Shown: one piece after another, positions 50,013-63,600 of the stretch | Layout of the letters: each line of letters begins with the position of its first letter | Position numbering within the stretch: position 1 is the stretch's first letter | Assembly (NCBI GenBank): GCA_950097015.1 | Contig: CATNEN010000038.1 | Coordinates: forward strand, 682,001-746,000 | From: Macrostomum hystrix | Lineage: Eukaryota > Animalia > Platyhelminthes | Length of the DNA stretch: 64,000 nucleotides | Direction of reading: 5' to 3' | The notes under the pieces: model-generated | Databases searched by the model: none | What the model was told of the DNA's origin: nothing | The model's input: only the letters and a program-made list of their open reading frames with translations | Position numbers and translations under genes: made by a program

Positions 50013-50786
50013 GCTGCTGCCTACTCTGGTGCTACAACTGCTGCTGCCTACTCTGGTGCTACAACTGCTGCTGCCTACTCTGGTGCTACAACTGCTGCTG
50101 CCTACTCTGGTGCTACAACTGCTGCTGCCTACTCTGGTGCTACAACTGCTGCTGCCTACTCTGGTGCTATACCACTGCTGCTGCTTACTCTGGTGCTACA
50201 ACTGCTGCTGTCTACTCTGGTGCTACAACTGCTGCTGTCTACTCTGGTGCTACAACTGCTGCTGCCTACTCTGGTGCTACAACTGCTGCTGTCTACTCTG
50301 GTGCTACAACTGCTGCTGCTTACTCTGGTGCTACAACTGCTGCTGCCTACTCTGGTGCTACAACTGCTGCTGTCTACTCTGGTGCTACAACTGCTGCTGC
50401 TTACTCTGGTGCTAACTGCTGCTGCCTACTCTGGTGCTACAACTGCTGCTGCTTACTCTGGTGCTACAACTGCTGCTGCCTACTCTGGTGCTACAACTGC
50501 TGCTGTCTACTCTGGTGCTACAACTGCTGCTGTCTACTCTGGTGCTAACTGCTGCTGCCTACTCTGGTGCTACAACTGCTGCTGCCTACTCTGGTGCTAC
50601 AACTGCTGCTGCCTACTCTGGTGCTACAACTGCTGCTGCCTACTCTGGTGCTACAACTGCTGCTGTCTACTCTGGTGCTACAACTGCTGCTGCTTACTCT
50701 GGTGCTAACTGCTGCTGCCTACTCTGGTGCTACAACTGCTGCTGCCTACTCTGGTGCTACAACTGCTGCTGCCTACTCTGGTGCTG
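50013..50786 (+). repeat. 27-bp minisatellite GCTGCTGCCTACTCTGGTGCTACAACT (reads AAAYSGATT)
   Basis: About 28 units, including one 29-bp and three 25-bp variants. Confidence 0.95.
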
Positions 50787-51547
50787 ATGTTACTGCGGCT
50801 ACAGCTGACCCGAGTGATTCTGCCGTTTCTATTGCTGGTGACGGATCTGCAATGTCTGCTGATTAATTTGAGAATAAATGTTCGGGGTCATTTTTTACCC
50901 ACCCCCAAGACAGAATCATAGTCACGCAGAGTTTTAGTCTGGCTGTTTTAGAGCGCACATAGCGGGTAACTTGTGCTGCTGCAGCTCCTTCCTGGATCAA
51001 AGCTCTCTCTTCTTGAACTCCCCCTGATCTCAAACCCAACAAGCAAACACAGGAAGCAACAGCTGCAAAAGAAAGGGTCCACAAAGCCATGTGTAATTTT
51101 AAAGAAGCGTCGAGTAGGTAAGTGAAATAGCGGGGTAGGAAGGGAGAAAATGGAGTGGGTAGGGTAGTGGTGGCAGTGCAGACATGTCCAGAGAGAATTG
51201 TGCGGTGGTAGAATATCGGCGCCTTCTTAATCTAACGCATGCTTGAAGCAGACCTTAGCTTTTCAGACCCCCTACTGCTCTCACCACCCAGTCCCCTTAC
51301 AGAGTCACAATGAGCCCGGAACTCCTCCTTAAAATCAATAATTATCGGTTCTCCCAATAATACACACATGAACTTTACAGACGGTTTTTCCATGCGTTTA
51401 ATGCTTGCCCAATTCAGAGAACGCAGCCGGAGCAGCAGTAGTTGCCATTACGATACTTATTTTTCTGTCTGCATTATTTTATGCTATGCTTGCATCCCAT
51501 ATGCTTACCATTTTTCATCTACACACTCAACTAAATGGAAAAAGCTA

Positions 51548-51700
51548 AATGGAAAATAACAACACGACAATTCGCTACGGAAGAACTGAGCTCCATAGAG
51601 ACCAGGCTTTTGTTGAAAGATTCAATCTAACTTTAGCAAAGTGACTTTTCACAAAGCAGACAGCTGAACAGCTGAAACTAAACAGTGGCCAATACTATTG
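51548..51700 (+). pseudogene. Second, shorter copy of the Maverick/adintovirus integrase fragment
   Basis: NTTIRYGRTELHRDQAFVERFNLTLAK*LFTKQTAEQLKLNSGQY, nearly identical to 30290-30420. Confidence 0.8.
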
Positions 51701-51745
51701 AAACATTGAAAGTTTCATTTAAACTAAAAAATACCATCAAATGCC

Positions 51746-54700
51746 AGTTTTAATGTGAATATTTTATATTTGTACAAAAGAAAAACTTTGTTGTACTATC
51801 TCTTTCAAAGATTTAAACATATTGACGAGATTTTGTTCACTACAACCGAAGGAACATTTTTATTCTACGTCCTTTGTCCTACAAAATATTTCAATTGCGA
51901 CGAAAATATAATTTTAAACAGAGAAAGAAAATACTTTGAAATGTTTTATATGGCGGATTGGACATGTTTATATTTCTACCGAACAGAAAGTAGCATAAAA
52001 ATCCTACAACTAAAATTTACTTGAGTGGGTCTCGTGGTGTTTAAATTAAGAGAGAAATAATTTAGTCGTTTGTCATGCCTTTAAGTCATTCGAGAGGCAT
52101 TTTCGTACTTCGAGAGGCATTTGAGTCATTGCATTGTGTGCAAAATTTAAAGGCTGAATTTTTAAACTTAGACTGTGACCTAGCAGACGGTGACTGCGGC
52201 GGCTGCCAAGCTGGCCAGGCTTACCAGGATGGCGGCGGAAACTCCGCCAGTTCTCAGGCCGTCACTAAACGGTCCGGGCGGACCGCTGTTTAAGCTGCCA
52301 CCGTTGCCGGCGAACTTGCAGTCGGGCGGGGCGAATCCTGCCGGACAGTGGCAGTATCCGCGCGAGTTCACGATGCCACCGTTTTGGCAGGTGACATTGC
52401 CAGCCACAGCGGTTCGGGCACGAATATCCGAGGTGGATTGGCAAAGTCCGGCTAGGCACATTTGCTCGTCGTTACGGTTTCCGCAACGCGCACCGTCTGG
52501 CACTCGATCGGGTGCGTGCACCGCCAGACGGTAGCTGCAAATGGCATAGCCGCACGTTTCTGGACCTCTCCCGGTTACAGTCGAACCGCAGTTCGCCAAA
52601 TACGGAATCGGGAAACCATTTTCGGCAGGCGCAAAGTTGGCGCACATTGCCATATCACAGTCCGTGAGTCTTAACGGGCACCAGGATCTCTGCAAGCGGT
52701 GAAGAAGTAGCTCGTGTGATGGTTAATTAATTGGTGAACTAGACAGCGAATCGGAATCGCTCAGGAGGAAGAGACGCAATAAATAGTGAGGTGAGCTTGA
52801 CGGCTGACTTAAAAGGCAGTCAATATCGTTTTGCAGGAAAAGAAGCAATTCAATCAAAGTGAATACAAGCGTTAGTAGCTTTAAGAGCTTCCGAGAGTGA
52901 TGGAATTCCTCAGACTCACGGCATCCTGTGCCGTCGGTCCCCAGAGTAACTGACACTGAGTCTGGGCGGAGCCGCACAGACCGTTGGCGCAGAAGTTGCT
53001 GCCGCACGGTGTCCCGTCTCTGGCAGTGAAATCGTCCGGGCAGGTTGAGTTGACGCCGTTACAGAATTCCGGCAGGTCGCATTCTCCTTTGGCGGCGCGG
53101 CAGACGGTGCCAGTCGGGCGCGGCTGACAGACAGTCAGGTCGCAGCAGCGCCCCGCGGCGCATGTAGCGGATTCGGCCAGCTGGCAGGAGGTGGCGTTGC
53201 AGCAGGCGTTGCCTCTGTGAAATGATTGGTGAGCTGATAACTAACAACTTCTTTGCTACCTGTGACACAAAGCTCGAGACTTTGGATCTTGTTAGTTTCA
53301 AAATAGATGAAAAAGATGTAGAAAAAAAATCTATATTGCACCGAAATCCACTTGGCACAGCCGCAGCTATTGCGCAGCGCTTCCAAATACTATGTGTACA
53401 GCTGTTCAGACTGTGTACTGAGTGCTGCCACTCCTACCGAAATTTCCACGCCAGCAGATGTTGCTAGTCAATTTATATTTCCTTATTTCCTTCGGGCTGC
53501 GATTCGAACTCCCGAACTACTCAGACGGAGTTGTCTTTCAATGTGCAGCAGTCACTTTTTGTAGGTATTCGTTTTTTATAGCACACACGACACGCAAAAC
53601 TCCTAACATAGCTCGTAGGAAGAATTAGTAGAGCATAAAATGAACAATTGCAAGAGGGCTGCGGGCAATGGCTCATCATTTGGCGACACTAGACCCCAGC
53701 CAGCGAGGAGGCAATTCTGCCCATTTCCCTGACTCCCGAGCACACCTACTCACACAGGTGTGTACATCTGCAATCAATTTCTCATCATCAGGCAGTGTAG
53801 ACTGTCTCTGTGCCCTGGAGGTTGGCCCCCAACGACGCAAATTGCACTACAAGCCCCAAGCCTTCTATCCGCGGCTGCGGGCCAAATTAATAAGTGAAAG
53901 TAATTCTAACCTGAGTTGTTGGGCAGCCAAGTGAAAAGTGAAAAATCCCAAGATTGGGTTAGATTGAAGAAGTCAAATCCCAGTTGACTGAGTACCCAGA
54001 CCTACTCATCCCCTGCACCGCCACGACAACCGGCCTCGCCGCCGCAGTCGCAGGCTTCGCCGGGTTCCAGCAGGCCGTTGCCGCAGACCGCTTTTGGCCA
54101 ATCCGCGGCTACTGGCAGGCGAAGCCCGCCCGGTTTGTCGGTCTCCGGTCTCGGCAACAGCAGGCAGTGACGGACGCCGGAATCCAGGAAGCCCAGCAGG
54201 GCGCGTGCTGAGCAGGACGACCAGCCGATGCCGCGCCAGTCGCTGTCAGTCTGCATTGTGGCGCCCATCATGCAGGCTGAGTAGGGACAGTTGCAGTCCC
54301 GTCCTGGATATTCGTGATCGTGCTGGACGCCCAGGTTGTGGGCCAGTTCGTGTGCCATGGTCAGCCCGATGCCGTGAGCCCACTGGCGAGTCTGGGGGAG
54401 TGCAGTCGGTGATATCAGAGATATTCGATATTCGGGATACCAGATTAGGGAGACTGGGAAACAGAGATTAGGGAGGCCTGTTAGACCTGTTAGACGTGTC
54501 TATCCCCCCAATAGAGATTAGAGACACTAGGGGATAAAGAATAGGGAGACTGGAGATCGAGAGAGGAATTTAAAAAGAGGGTACTGGTCTCCCAATTCAT
54601 TCTAATATAGGGATTAGTGTCTTCTACTGGAAGCCAGTTTGTTAGTTACTTACAACGCTGAGGCCAGCGCAATTCAATGAAGATAAAATTGACATTGTTT

Positions 54701-57700
54701 TGCATATGTTTCCTGTGGAGGCAATGCCAAATGTGGAGCCGTAGCTTTCTCTTCCACTGAAATTTGAGTTGATGAAGGTTTAAATATAGGTTTTGGCTAT
54801 GCACTCGTAATTTGGTACCCGACCGAATTGTCCATTAGAAGTGTCTAGTAGATGGGAGTCTGGTAGGTTAAAGTATTGTCGATAAGAGAGTCTTGTAGCC
54901 ATGTATCCATGGGACCCTTTTGTATAATAGAGTCTGGTAGACTGAAGTATTTTGGATGAGAGAGTCTGGTAGACTGGACTCTTTTGGATGAGAGAGTCTG
55001 GTAGACTGGAGTGTCTTGGATGAGAGAGTCTGGTAGACTGGACTCTTTTGGATGAGAGAGTCTGGTAGACTGGAGTCTTTTGGAAAAGAGATTCTGGTAT
55101 AGATTAAAGCATTGCCAATAAGATCGGAGTCTTTTGTAGAAGGCAATGTGCTATCGGCTGTAGTCTTGCACATAGACAGTGAGCACTCAAGGCTATCCAA
55201 TCAGCTCACTTAAGCAGGTGCACACAGTCGTAGTCCACTTCTTTCGGAATCGTCAGTGAATATGTCTTTATTAACTCCAGCGTGTCGCCCGGATTCCGAG
55301 TTGTCGGATTGGCGAAATCGAAGCCAGAAATTGTACTGCTATGAATTTCCAGCGTGCTGACTACTACATAAATGTCGAAGCGGCGAAATAACTGCAGAAA
55401 TAGCGAAAAGATGCCTCTTATACTGCTTTAAGTACGGTGCGAAAAACTAACTGCAGCTTTATATATCCATAATTTCTATGTGCAGTTTTTTAGAGTGTAA
55501 AAATAAAAATTGCAGGAGGGCTGCGGGCAATGGCACATCATTTGGTGACAGGTGACACTAGACTCGCAGCCAGCGAGGAGGCAACTCTGACCTGGGTATC
55601 ACCTGGTAGACATGGGTATCTCCTGTTAGAAATGTGTATCACACGATAGACATGGGTATCACCTGTTAGACATTGGTATCACCTGTTAGACATTGGTATC
55701 ACCTGTTAGACACTATGCTCACATTGTTGACGATTCCAATAATGCTCTGTACCGCATCAATCACAGCCGATGACTTCGAGGAGTGCATTTTGTACTGCAA
55801 TTAAAAGTGAGCAGCTGGACTATTACTCTAATTAAGTACTCTAGTTAAGTTATTCTTGGGACCTAAATTAAGCCAACGTTTTTTCACATTGGAAACGCTA
55901 ACGCTAAACGCTAAACGCCCTCTAGTATCCATGGTTACCCCAATGGAAAACAATATATCTCTAAACTTAACGCATTGAACAGCTATTAATTTAATTATTT
56001 TTAGTTATTATAATATATATATCAATGGTTATAAATAAACCCATAAACTTACTCATGAATTAGAATGTGCATGTAATGAATAATTCATCACCATGTCACG
56101 GACAAAAAGAGCCGGGGTGAGTCGACTGCCTCGCCTAATGTCCATCGTATACCCTCATGACCTGGCCTAATGTCTATTGTACACCCTCGTGACCTGGCCT
56201 AATGTCTATTGTACACCCTCATGACCTGGCCTAATGTCTATTGTACACCCTCATGACCTGGCCTAATGTCTATTGTACACCCTCATGACCTGGCCTAATA
56301 TCTATTGTACACCCTCTTGACCTGGCCTAATGTCGATGGTTATCCCTCAAGTCTTTCCAAAGCTTGTTGTTATTGTAATTATGTGTTTTAATATCATAAA
56401 ATTATCAATGTTACACTCACAAACCCATTGTCAGCGATGAGGTAGAGCTGCATAATGAATGGGCCGCCACGACTGAGCACCTTCCTGCTATGGTCCAGCT
56501 TTATGGACCGGGTCTCGGACCTTGCGGAGCGCCGGTGCCTCTGTATTTGAGTTTTGAACAAGCAAAGGCCAGTAGAATTAACGGAATTGATTCAGTCAGT
56601 CTGTCTGTGTTAGCTTGATCAGTCCATGGACTGGGTGCCGGCACACTCTATTTTGTGCCGGCACACAAATTTCTATCCGAGCTAATGCTGCTAATGCTGC
56701 TAATGCGGTTAGGAGTCCGAAGCTCTGCGCCAAAACCTCATGAGCATACGCTTTCAATGTTGGGTCACCAAGAAGCATAGAATTTGCAAAGCTAAGCCTC
56801 ATCTATATAAATCTTGATTTTTAACTGGCTAACATGATCAAGCTGAACAGCAACTTGACACTTGAATGGCACCAGTCATAAATACTTTTTGCTATTCTGC
56901 CCCATTCTATCTGTTGGTCAGCTTTATCAACAATGGGAATAGCCATCCATCTGACATTATCCTTGATCCTTGGCATATACTTATAGAATAATGAGTCACT
57001 TTCAAAATTGGGCTCTTGAACTTTATTATTCCAAATAATGGCTTACCTGTAATAAAACGCTGCCACCAAGCATTTTGGTCAGTTGCTGTGGACTTACTGG
57101 AAGTTATGGTGAAACCCATCTACTTAATCATTGAGCATCTCAATCTATTTCTAAAATGATGTAAATGAAAACAAAAATCATACTCACGTGCAGCAATCCG
57201 CTTATTCAGCACGTCATAGGCCGATTCCAATGCTTTATGCTGCTTCCAACCGACACTTGATGGATACAAGTTGAGCTGGTACACCTGCCAGCTTGAGTCA
57301 CGCAGCCGCATGCGATGCCCGGTGGCTTGAATATAGCCCAGGTGAGTGATGTTGATTGACAGCGTGCCACTGTCAATGAGGGTTGGATTCAGCTGTCCGT
57401 GTAAATGATCTGCATGGCTGTCTGTTCTGGTGGGTCTGTTCTGGGCTGTCTGATCTGGGCTGTCTGCTCAGGGTTGTCTGCTCTGGGGTGTGTGCAGTAT
57501 CTGGGGTGTCTGTTCTGGGCCGTCTGCTCTGGGGTGTGTGCAGTATCTGGGGTGTCTGTTCTGGGGTGTCTGTTCTGGGGTGTCTGATCTGGGCTGTCTG
57601 ATCTGGGCTGTCTGTTCTGGGGTGTCTGATCTGGGCTGTCTGCTCTGAACTCTCTGTTCTGGGCTGTCTTCTGGGGTGTCTGTTCTGGGCTGGGGTGTCT

Positions 57701-59434
57701 GTTCTGGGCTGCCTGATCTGGGGTGTCTGTTCTGGAGTGTCTGTTCTGGAGTGTCTGTTCTGTAGTGTCTGTTCTGGAGTGTCTGTTTTGGAGTGTCTAT
57801 TCTGGATTGTCTGTTCTAAAGTGTGTGCTCGGGAGTCTGTGTTTTGAGTGTCTGTTCTGGAGTGTCTCTTTTGGAGTGTCTGTTCTGGAGTGTCTGTTCT
57901 GGAGTGTCTGTTCTCTGCTGTTTGATCTGGGGTGTCTGTTTTGGGGTGTTTGTACCTGGCTGTCTGATCTGGCGTTTCTGTTGTGGGGTGTCTTTCTGAG
58001 CTGTCTGTTCTCTGCTGTCTGATATGGGGTGTCTGTTCTGGGGTGTCTGATCTGCATATCTGTATGTTCTTGAGTGTATGTTCTGGGTCTCCGTTCTCAC
58101 CGCAGCAGGTCAGAGCAGAGTGACACAAGGCCTGGCTGAGTCTCATTGCCCAACTGGGCAGTCCCAGACTCAATCGGCCACGCTGAGTAGTGGCACTGAG
58201 AGCGATGTCGCGATTTTCTGGCCTGTGATCGATTCCCCACGATTAGAACTGGGAACTCTTCAGGTCTGGAAAAGTATTTAACAGAATGCTGTTACAAAGA
58301 GGCTTGCAGCAATAGGTCGTATTCAGGCTTCATCAAAAAGTATAAAAGTGTATTAGTGCGTACCTTCTCACCGCCAGGTAGAATGAGAACCGGCGCAGCG
58401 ATGGCATAGCAACAATCTCAAGGACCAAATTTCTGCCGATTTTCTGAAGCGGTGAAATCGATTTCACATTTCGAACCGATTTTAAACCTCTGGTGTGTAC
58501 CAGCTGGCACAGCCTTCTGCCGACAGGGGCACCATTCACCGACAGGGCAACCTTCCACTGACAGGGCAACCTTCCTCTGACAGGGCTACCTTTCACTGAC
58601 CGGGCTACCTTCCACTGACAGGGCAACCTTGCACTGAGAGGGCTACCTTCCAACTACTCAACTGAACAAAGATTCATATGTAGGCTTCACCTTCTAGCCT
58701 TTTGTTGGTGCAAAATTTCAACGCAATGAGGTTAGTAACAGTATGAGTGATGGCATTTGATGACACAGAACATATGCATCTGTTCCAATTTGCTCATCGT
58801 TAACGATTGTGCACAATCGCTTAAATTTAAATTTCTTAGCTTCCCTAGCTTAACAACTGATATTTAGTAATTGCTCGGCAAGGAAAAAGCTGGTATTAAA
58901 ACAGCCTGCCGAGTGCAGCTCACAGCATGTGCATTGTGCGAACAAGTGTTCCGTATGGCCAGCTACGGCCCTATATCCAAATCTAACTGCATGTTCTACT
59001 TAGCATCTGATACTCTGATCACTCATTCGACAGACTGTGCTGCATGTTCTACTTAGCATCGGATGAGTCATATGACCGACTGTGCTGCATGTTCTACTTA
59101 GCATCTGATGAGTCATTTGACAGACTGTGCTGCATGTTCTACTTAGCATCTGATGAGTCATTTGACAGACTGTGCTGCATGTTCTACTTAGCATCTGATG
59201 AGTCATTTGACAGACTGTGCTGCATGTTCTACTTAGCATCTGATGAGTCATTTGACAGACTGTGCTGCATGTTCTACTTAGCATCTGATGAGTCATTTGA
59301 CAGACTATGCTGCATCTTCTGCTTAGCATCTGATGAGTCATTTGAAAGACTGCGTTCGACTGCGTGCAGTTTTAGCAAAAAGAATCGGTTTGTTTTTCGT
59401 GTTCATTCCCGCTACAATCAGTAGCAGCAGCAGC

Positions 59435-59480
<46 letters not shown>

Positions 59481-60630
59481 GAAGCAGCAGAAGCAGCAGC
59501 AACAGCAGCAGCAGCAGTAAGCACACAGAAGCCCATCTAGCTACTGGAGTTGGCCCGTAAATGTGCCTTAGATGGTTTCCGGGAATTTCAAGCATTTACC
59601 AAGCCAAACCCCTCCAGCTCACGAACAGATGAAGAAACATTTATGTCATTGTTGTAACATTTAGTTCAATCATTTTAGATTTTGCTTACCCGGCTTGGCT
59701 GAACTTCTTGACCATCGTTGACCTGAAATGTTCTCACCTTGGCCAGCAAGGTTAACGGCCTGGTTGAGTCCGCTGAAATTGCAGTTTAGAAAGTTAGAAA
59801 TTCAGTAGCAATGATTGCTTTTGTAGCTTTCTAGCATGTAATTTTGTAAAAAATGCTCGCTAATTACTTTTGAATTGTTATGTCATTTCAATACTCATTT
59901 CAATTCATTTCAATCATTTCAATTAATACATTTAAAACTGAGCACATTCAAAATATTTATAATGATTGTGAGCACTGAGTACTTACCAATTGTGCAGTTG
60001 GAACACAGCAGGATGATAAATTTAGCAATTAATGTGATACAAAGAAGGCTATGGAATTCTCTGGTATGACTTATTGTCATGTTTACACAAAAAGTTGCAG
60101 CGATTCAACCAGATGAATAGTCAAATAGTCAAATAATCAAAAGTCAAATCGTCAATCCTTAAAATTCATACAATTTGAAACCCGATATACTTGTAGCTTT
60201 AGGTTTGCCAAGGCTCATAGACTAAAACAGCGGGCACGGAAAGCCGATTTGTGCCCGCTGCCGGGGGGGATTTCGTCTATGTCCAAAGCTACGGAAGGCT
60301 GTTCGTATTGCTGCATTAAAGAGAGACGTGGATGCATCGGACTAGGCTAGTAATGAAGTCGGTGACGGTGACTTATCACATCACGGGATGAGTGAGCCGT
60401 GATGCATATCAAAGTACTAATTAAGACTTATTAAAGACTCTGACTGACCCTGCCCTTCCGTTCTCTCTCCCAGACCCGCCATAAATCTCTTGGCGTTCAG
60501 TGATTTCTCAAACTTTCAATAAAGAGAGGGGGCAGTGTCTTTAATAATTCGTCCAACTTTCTTAATTATCAATCCCCGCTATATCAAAGTCTAATTTTCT
60601 ATCGTCTGCTTAAGTACGGTCCATTTCAAT
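51746..60630. repeat. Segmental duplication, copy B, ending at the Gypsy insertion
   Basis: Aligns to 35972-45294. Confidence 0.96.
52180..59595 (-). CDS. ADAM metalloprotease-disintegrin, copy B; 5' exons not fully resolved
   Basis: Same exon structure as copy A; intact HELAHNLGVQHD near 54317-54352; splice sites retained; several amino-acid differences. Confidence 0.85.
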
Positions 60631-63600
60631 TGTTGTATTCTTGAAGTAACGAATACAGAGATTCCAATTGTAGTGTCGGTAAATGTAAGTATAGCGCCGA
60701 AAGGAGCACTCGGCAGTCGACTGGATAAGCGTATATTTGTAACAGCAGTATTATTAAATACTGGAAAGGGGGGCTTGAGTGTGCGCACCGCGCGGGGGTT
60801 TCTATTTATAGCCTGGGGAGCGAGTGGGAGAACTTTCTAGAAAGTTCTCATAGATAGCCCGCGGGGGAGGCGCAGAGAAGATTCTGGAAACAACAGAGTG
60901 TTATAACAAGTGGTAGAAAGTTCTAGAAAACTATTTACGGAATTATCGTAACGAAACCCACAACACCTCCCCACCAAAACTGTGAGTACAGTTGATAGAA
61001 AGTCTATAATTCCATTTGTAGCCGTGGCTTTCGCTGCCTAGCCGACCGTCGTGGATTATCTGGTCCGTAGGGCGGCGGGTGTTGGACTTGGTCCGGCGCT
61101 CGCCATCCTGGAGGCCTGGGTCGAGATCCTGGATGTGCCACCGCTGGTGTGGCCGGCAGCATCAGGTGGCCGGCCGTTTCGTTTTGTTGAGTCGGCAGTG
61201 ATCCTGGCTCGCTGTCTTCCGCGGACACGTGTCGCGGTTGAAGCTGGTCGAAGTGCCGTCGCCACACCGGGCCGCTTGGGACAACCTTGACGTTGACGCT
61301 GCGGCTGCCGTGCCGCTTGGTGACCACTGCCGGAACCCAGCGGCCTTCCTTCTCGCGGCGTGGTCCGTAGTAGCGAGCGTAGACCGGATCTCCGACGTTG
61401 TAGCCTTCTCGGACGCGAGACACCTTTTTCCGAGCTCTGGACTCTTCGGCCTGCTTGACTTGGCGATCCTGGGCGAGATGGGCTGGAGATGGCAGCAGAG
61501 TATCAATCTGCGTCCTGATCTGCCGGCCATTTAGGAGTTCGCTCGGAGAGTAGCCGTTGACCGCAGGAGTCCGTCGGTACTGCATCAGGAACTGCTGTAG
61601 CGCCCTGGCAGGTGGCAGGCTGGATTTCTTCAGGGCCTTCTTGAAGGTCTGAACCAGTCGTTCGGCCGCTCCGTTTGTTGCAGGATGATACGGAGCTCCT
61701 GTGAGGTGCGCGATGCCGTGTTCGCGACACCAAGCTTGAAACTCCTCAGCCATGAATGCCGCTGCATTGTCTGTGACGATGGCGTGAGGGTAGCCGAAGT
61801 GGGCGAAGTCTACTTCCAGAAGCTCGATCGTTGCCCGCGTTGACACGGATTGCGTCGGGTGTATGCACGGGTACTTCGAGTAGGCGTCCGTGAGCACTAG
61901 CCAGTTGGTGCCGAGGAAGTTGACTGCGTGATCCAGATGTAGGCGACTCCAAGGCTTCTCAGGCATCATCCACGGATGGACGGCGGCCTTTGGCGGATGA
62001 TTTTGGTGCTCAGCACAGCTGTGGCAGCCGTGGCATAGGTGCCCGATGTCGTCGTCGATGTTCGGCCAGTAGACTGCCGATCGGGCCAGCTGCTTCATCC
62101 TCTGCATTCCGAAGTGTCCGAGGTGGAGAATCTTCAGCACCTCATTCCGGAGGTTCCGAGGAATCACAAGACGACAGCCATGCAGAAGACACCCGTTGCC
62201 GCAGGAGAGCGAATCTTTGACCTTCCGTAAGCGGGCCACCTCGGCGTCTTCGTCTCGCCTGTCTGGTGGCCATCCTTCTCGACAGTAGCGCATGACGGTG
62301 GAGATCACCGGGTCCCTCGATGATTCTTTGGCCACGGCTGAGGCGTCAGCCGGCTGGATTTGCAAGCTTAGGACCTTGATCGCGCAGACCGTGTCGAAGT
62401 CGGCTGCGCTCTCCTCCCCGTCGAAATCTGGGTCGTCTCCCATTGGCAGGCGACTCAGGGCATCCGCGTTTCCGTGACTCTTGGTCTGGCGGTACTCGAC
62501 TTCGTAGGTGAAGTTGTGGAGCAGGTTAGCCCACCGTGCCAGCCGGTTTGCCGCCATCACTGGTGTCTCCTTCTCGGGCCCGAATAGAGAAACCAACGGC
62601 TTATGGTCCGTGACCAGGATGAACTTGCGGTTGAACAAGTATTGGAAAAACTTCTTTAGGCCGAAGATGATTGAAAGGGCTTCCTTCTGAATCTGAGGAT
62701 AGCGGCGCTGAGCATCCGTCAGAGACTTTGAAGCGTTGGCGATCGGCCGCTCGCTACCATCCGGGTAGCGGTGGAACAGGACGGCGCCGATCCCGACGTT
62801 GGATGCGTCGCAGGAGAGCCCGAGAGGGAGGTCGGCATTGTAGTGGACCAGCACGTTGTCCGACGAGAGCTCCTCCTTGATCTGTTCGAAGGCCCGCTGC
62901 TCCGCGTCGCCCCATGTCCATGGTGCGTCCTTCCTGGTGAGTCGGTACAGCGGCTCAGAGATCGTGGCCATGCTTGGCGGCAGAAACTTTGCGTAGAACT
63001 GGACCGAGCCGAGGAATGAGCGGAGGCTGGACACGTCCTTTGGTGGAGGCATTTCGCGGACAGCGTCCACCTTGGTTCCCTTGGCGATGCCTTCTTTCGA
63101 CAGTACATAGCCAAGGTACTCGATGCTGGGCATGGCGAATTTGCACTTCTCCCGTCGGCAGCGAAGTCCCTTGTCAGAAAGGCGTTGGAAAAGCCGGCGT
63201 AGGTTTGCGAGATGCTCATCAGCGGTCGCGCCGCCGACCAGGTAGTCGTCCAAGTAGAAAACGACTCCGGGCAGATCACCGGCTACCATTTCCATGATAA
63301 ACTGGAACTCACCCACTGCAGACTTCGGGCCGAAAGCGAGCCGCTTCTGAAGAAGCACACCCCGGTGGGTGCTCAGTGCCAGGCGCCTCTGACTCATCGG
63401 TCCCAACTCGATCTGGTTGTAGGCGTCGGCCAGATCTACCTTTGAGAAGCAGTAGCTGCCTCCCAGCTTCTGTAGCAGTTCCTCTGGGAGGGGCAGCGGG
63501 TGACGGTTGTCTTCCAGCTGCGGGTTGATAGTGCACGAGTAGTCTCCGCAGACTCGCAGTTTCGGCTGCTCTGAGCCGGTCGAGGGCTTTCGCACGGGGA

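Noticed and set aside
50863-51090. 75-aa minus-strand ORF with a signal-peptide-like start
   Set aside because: Short, with no supporting motif or exon partners.
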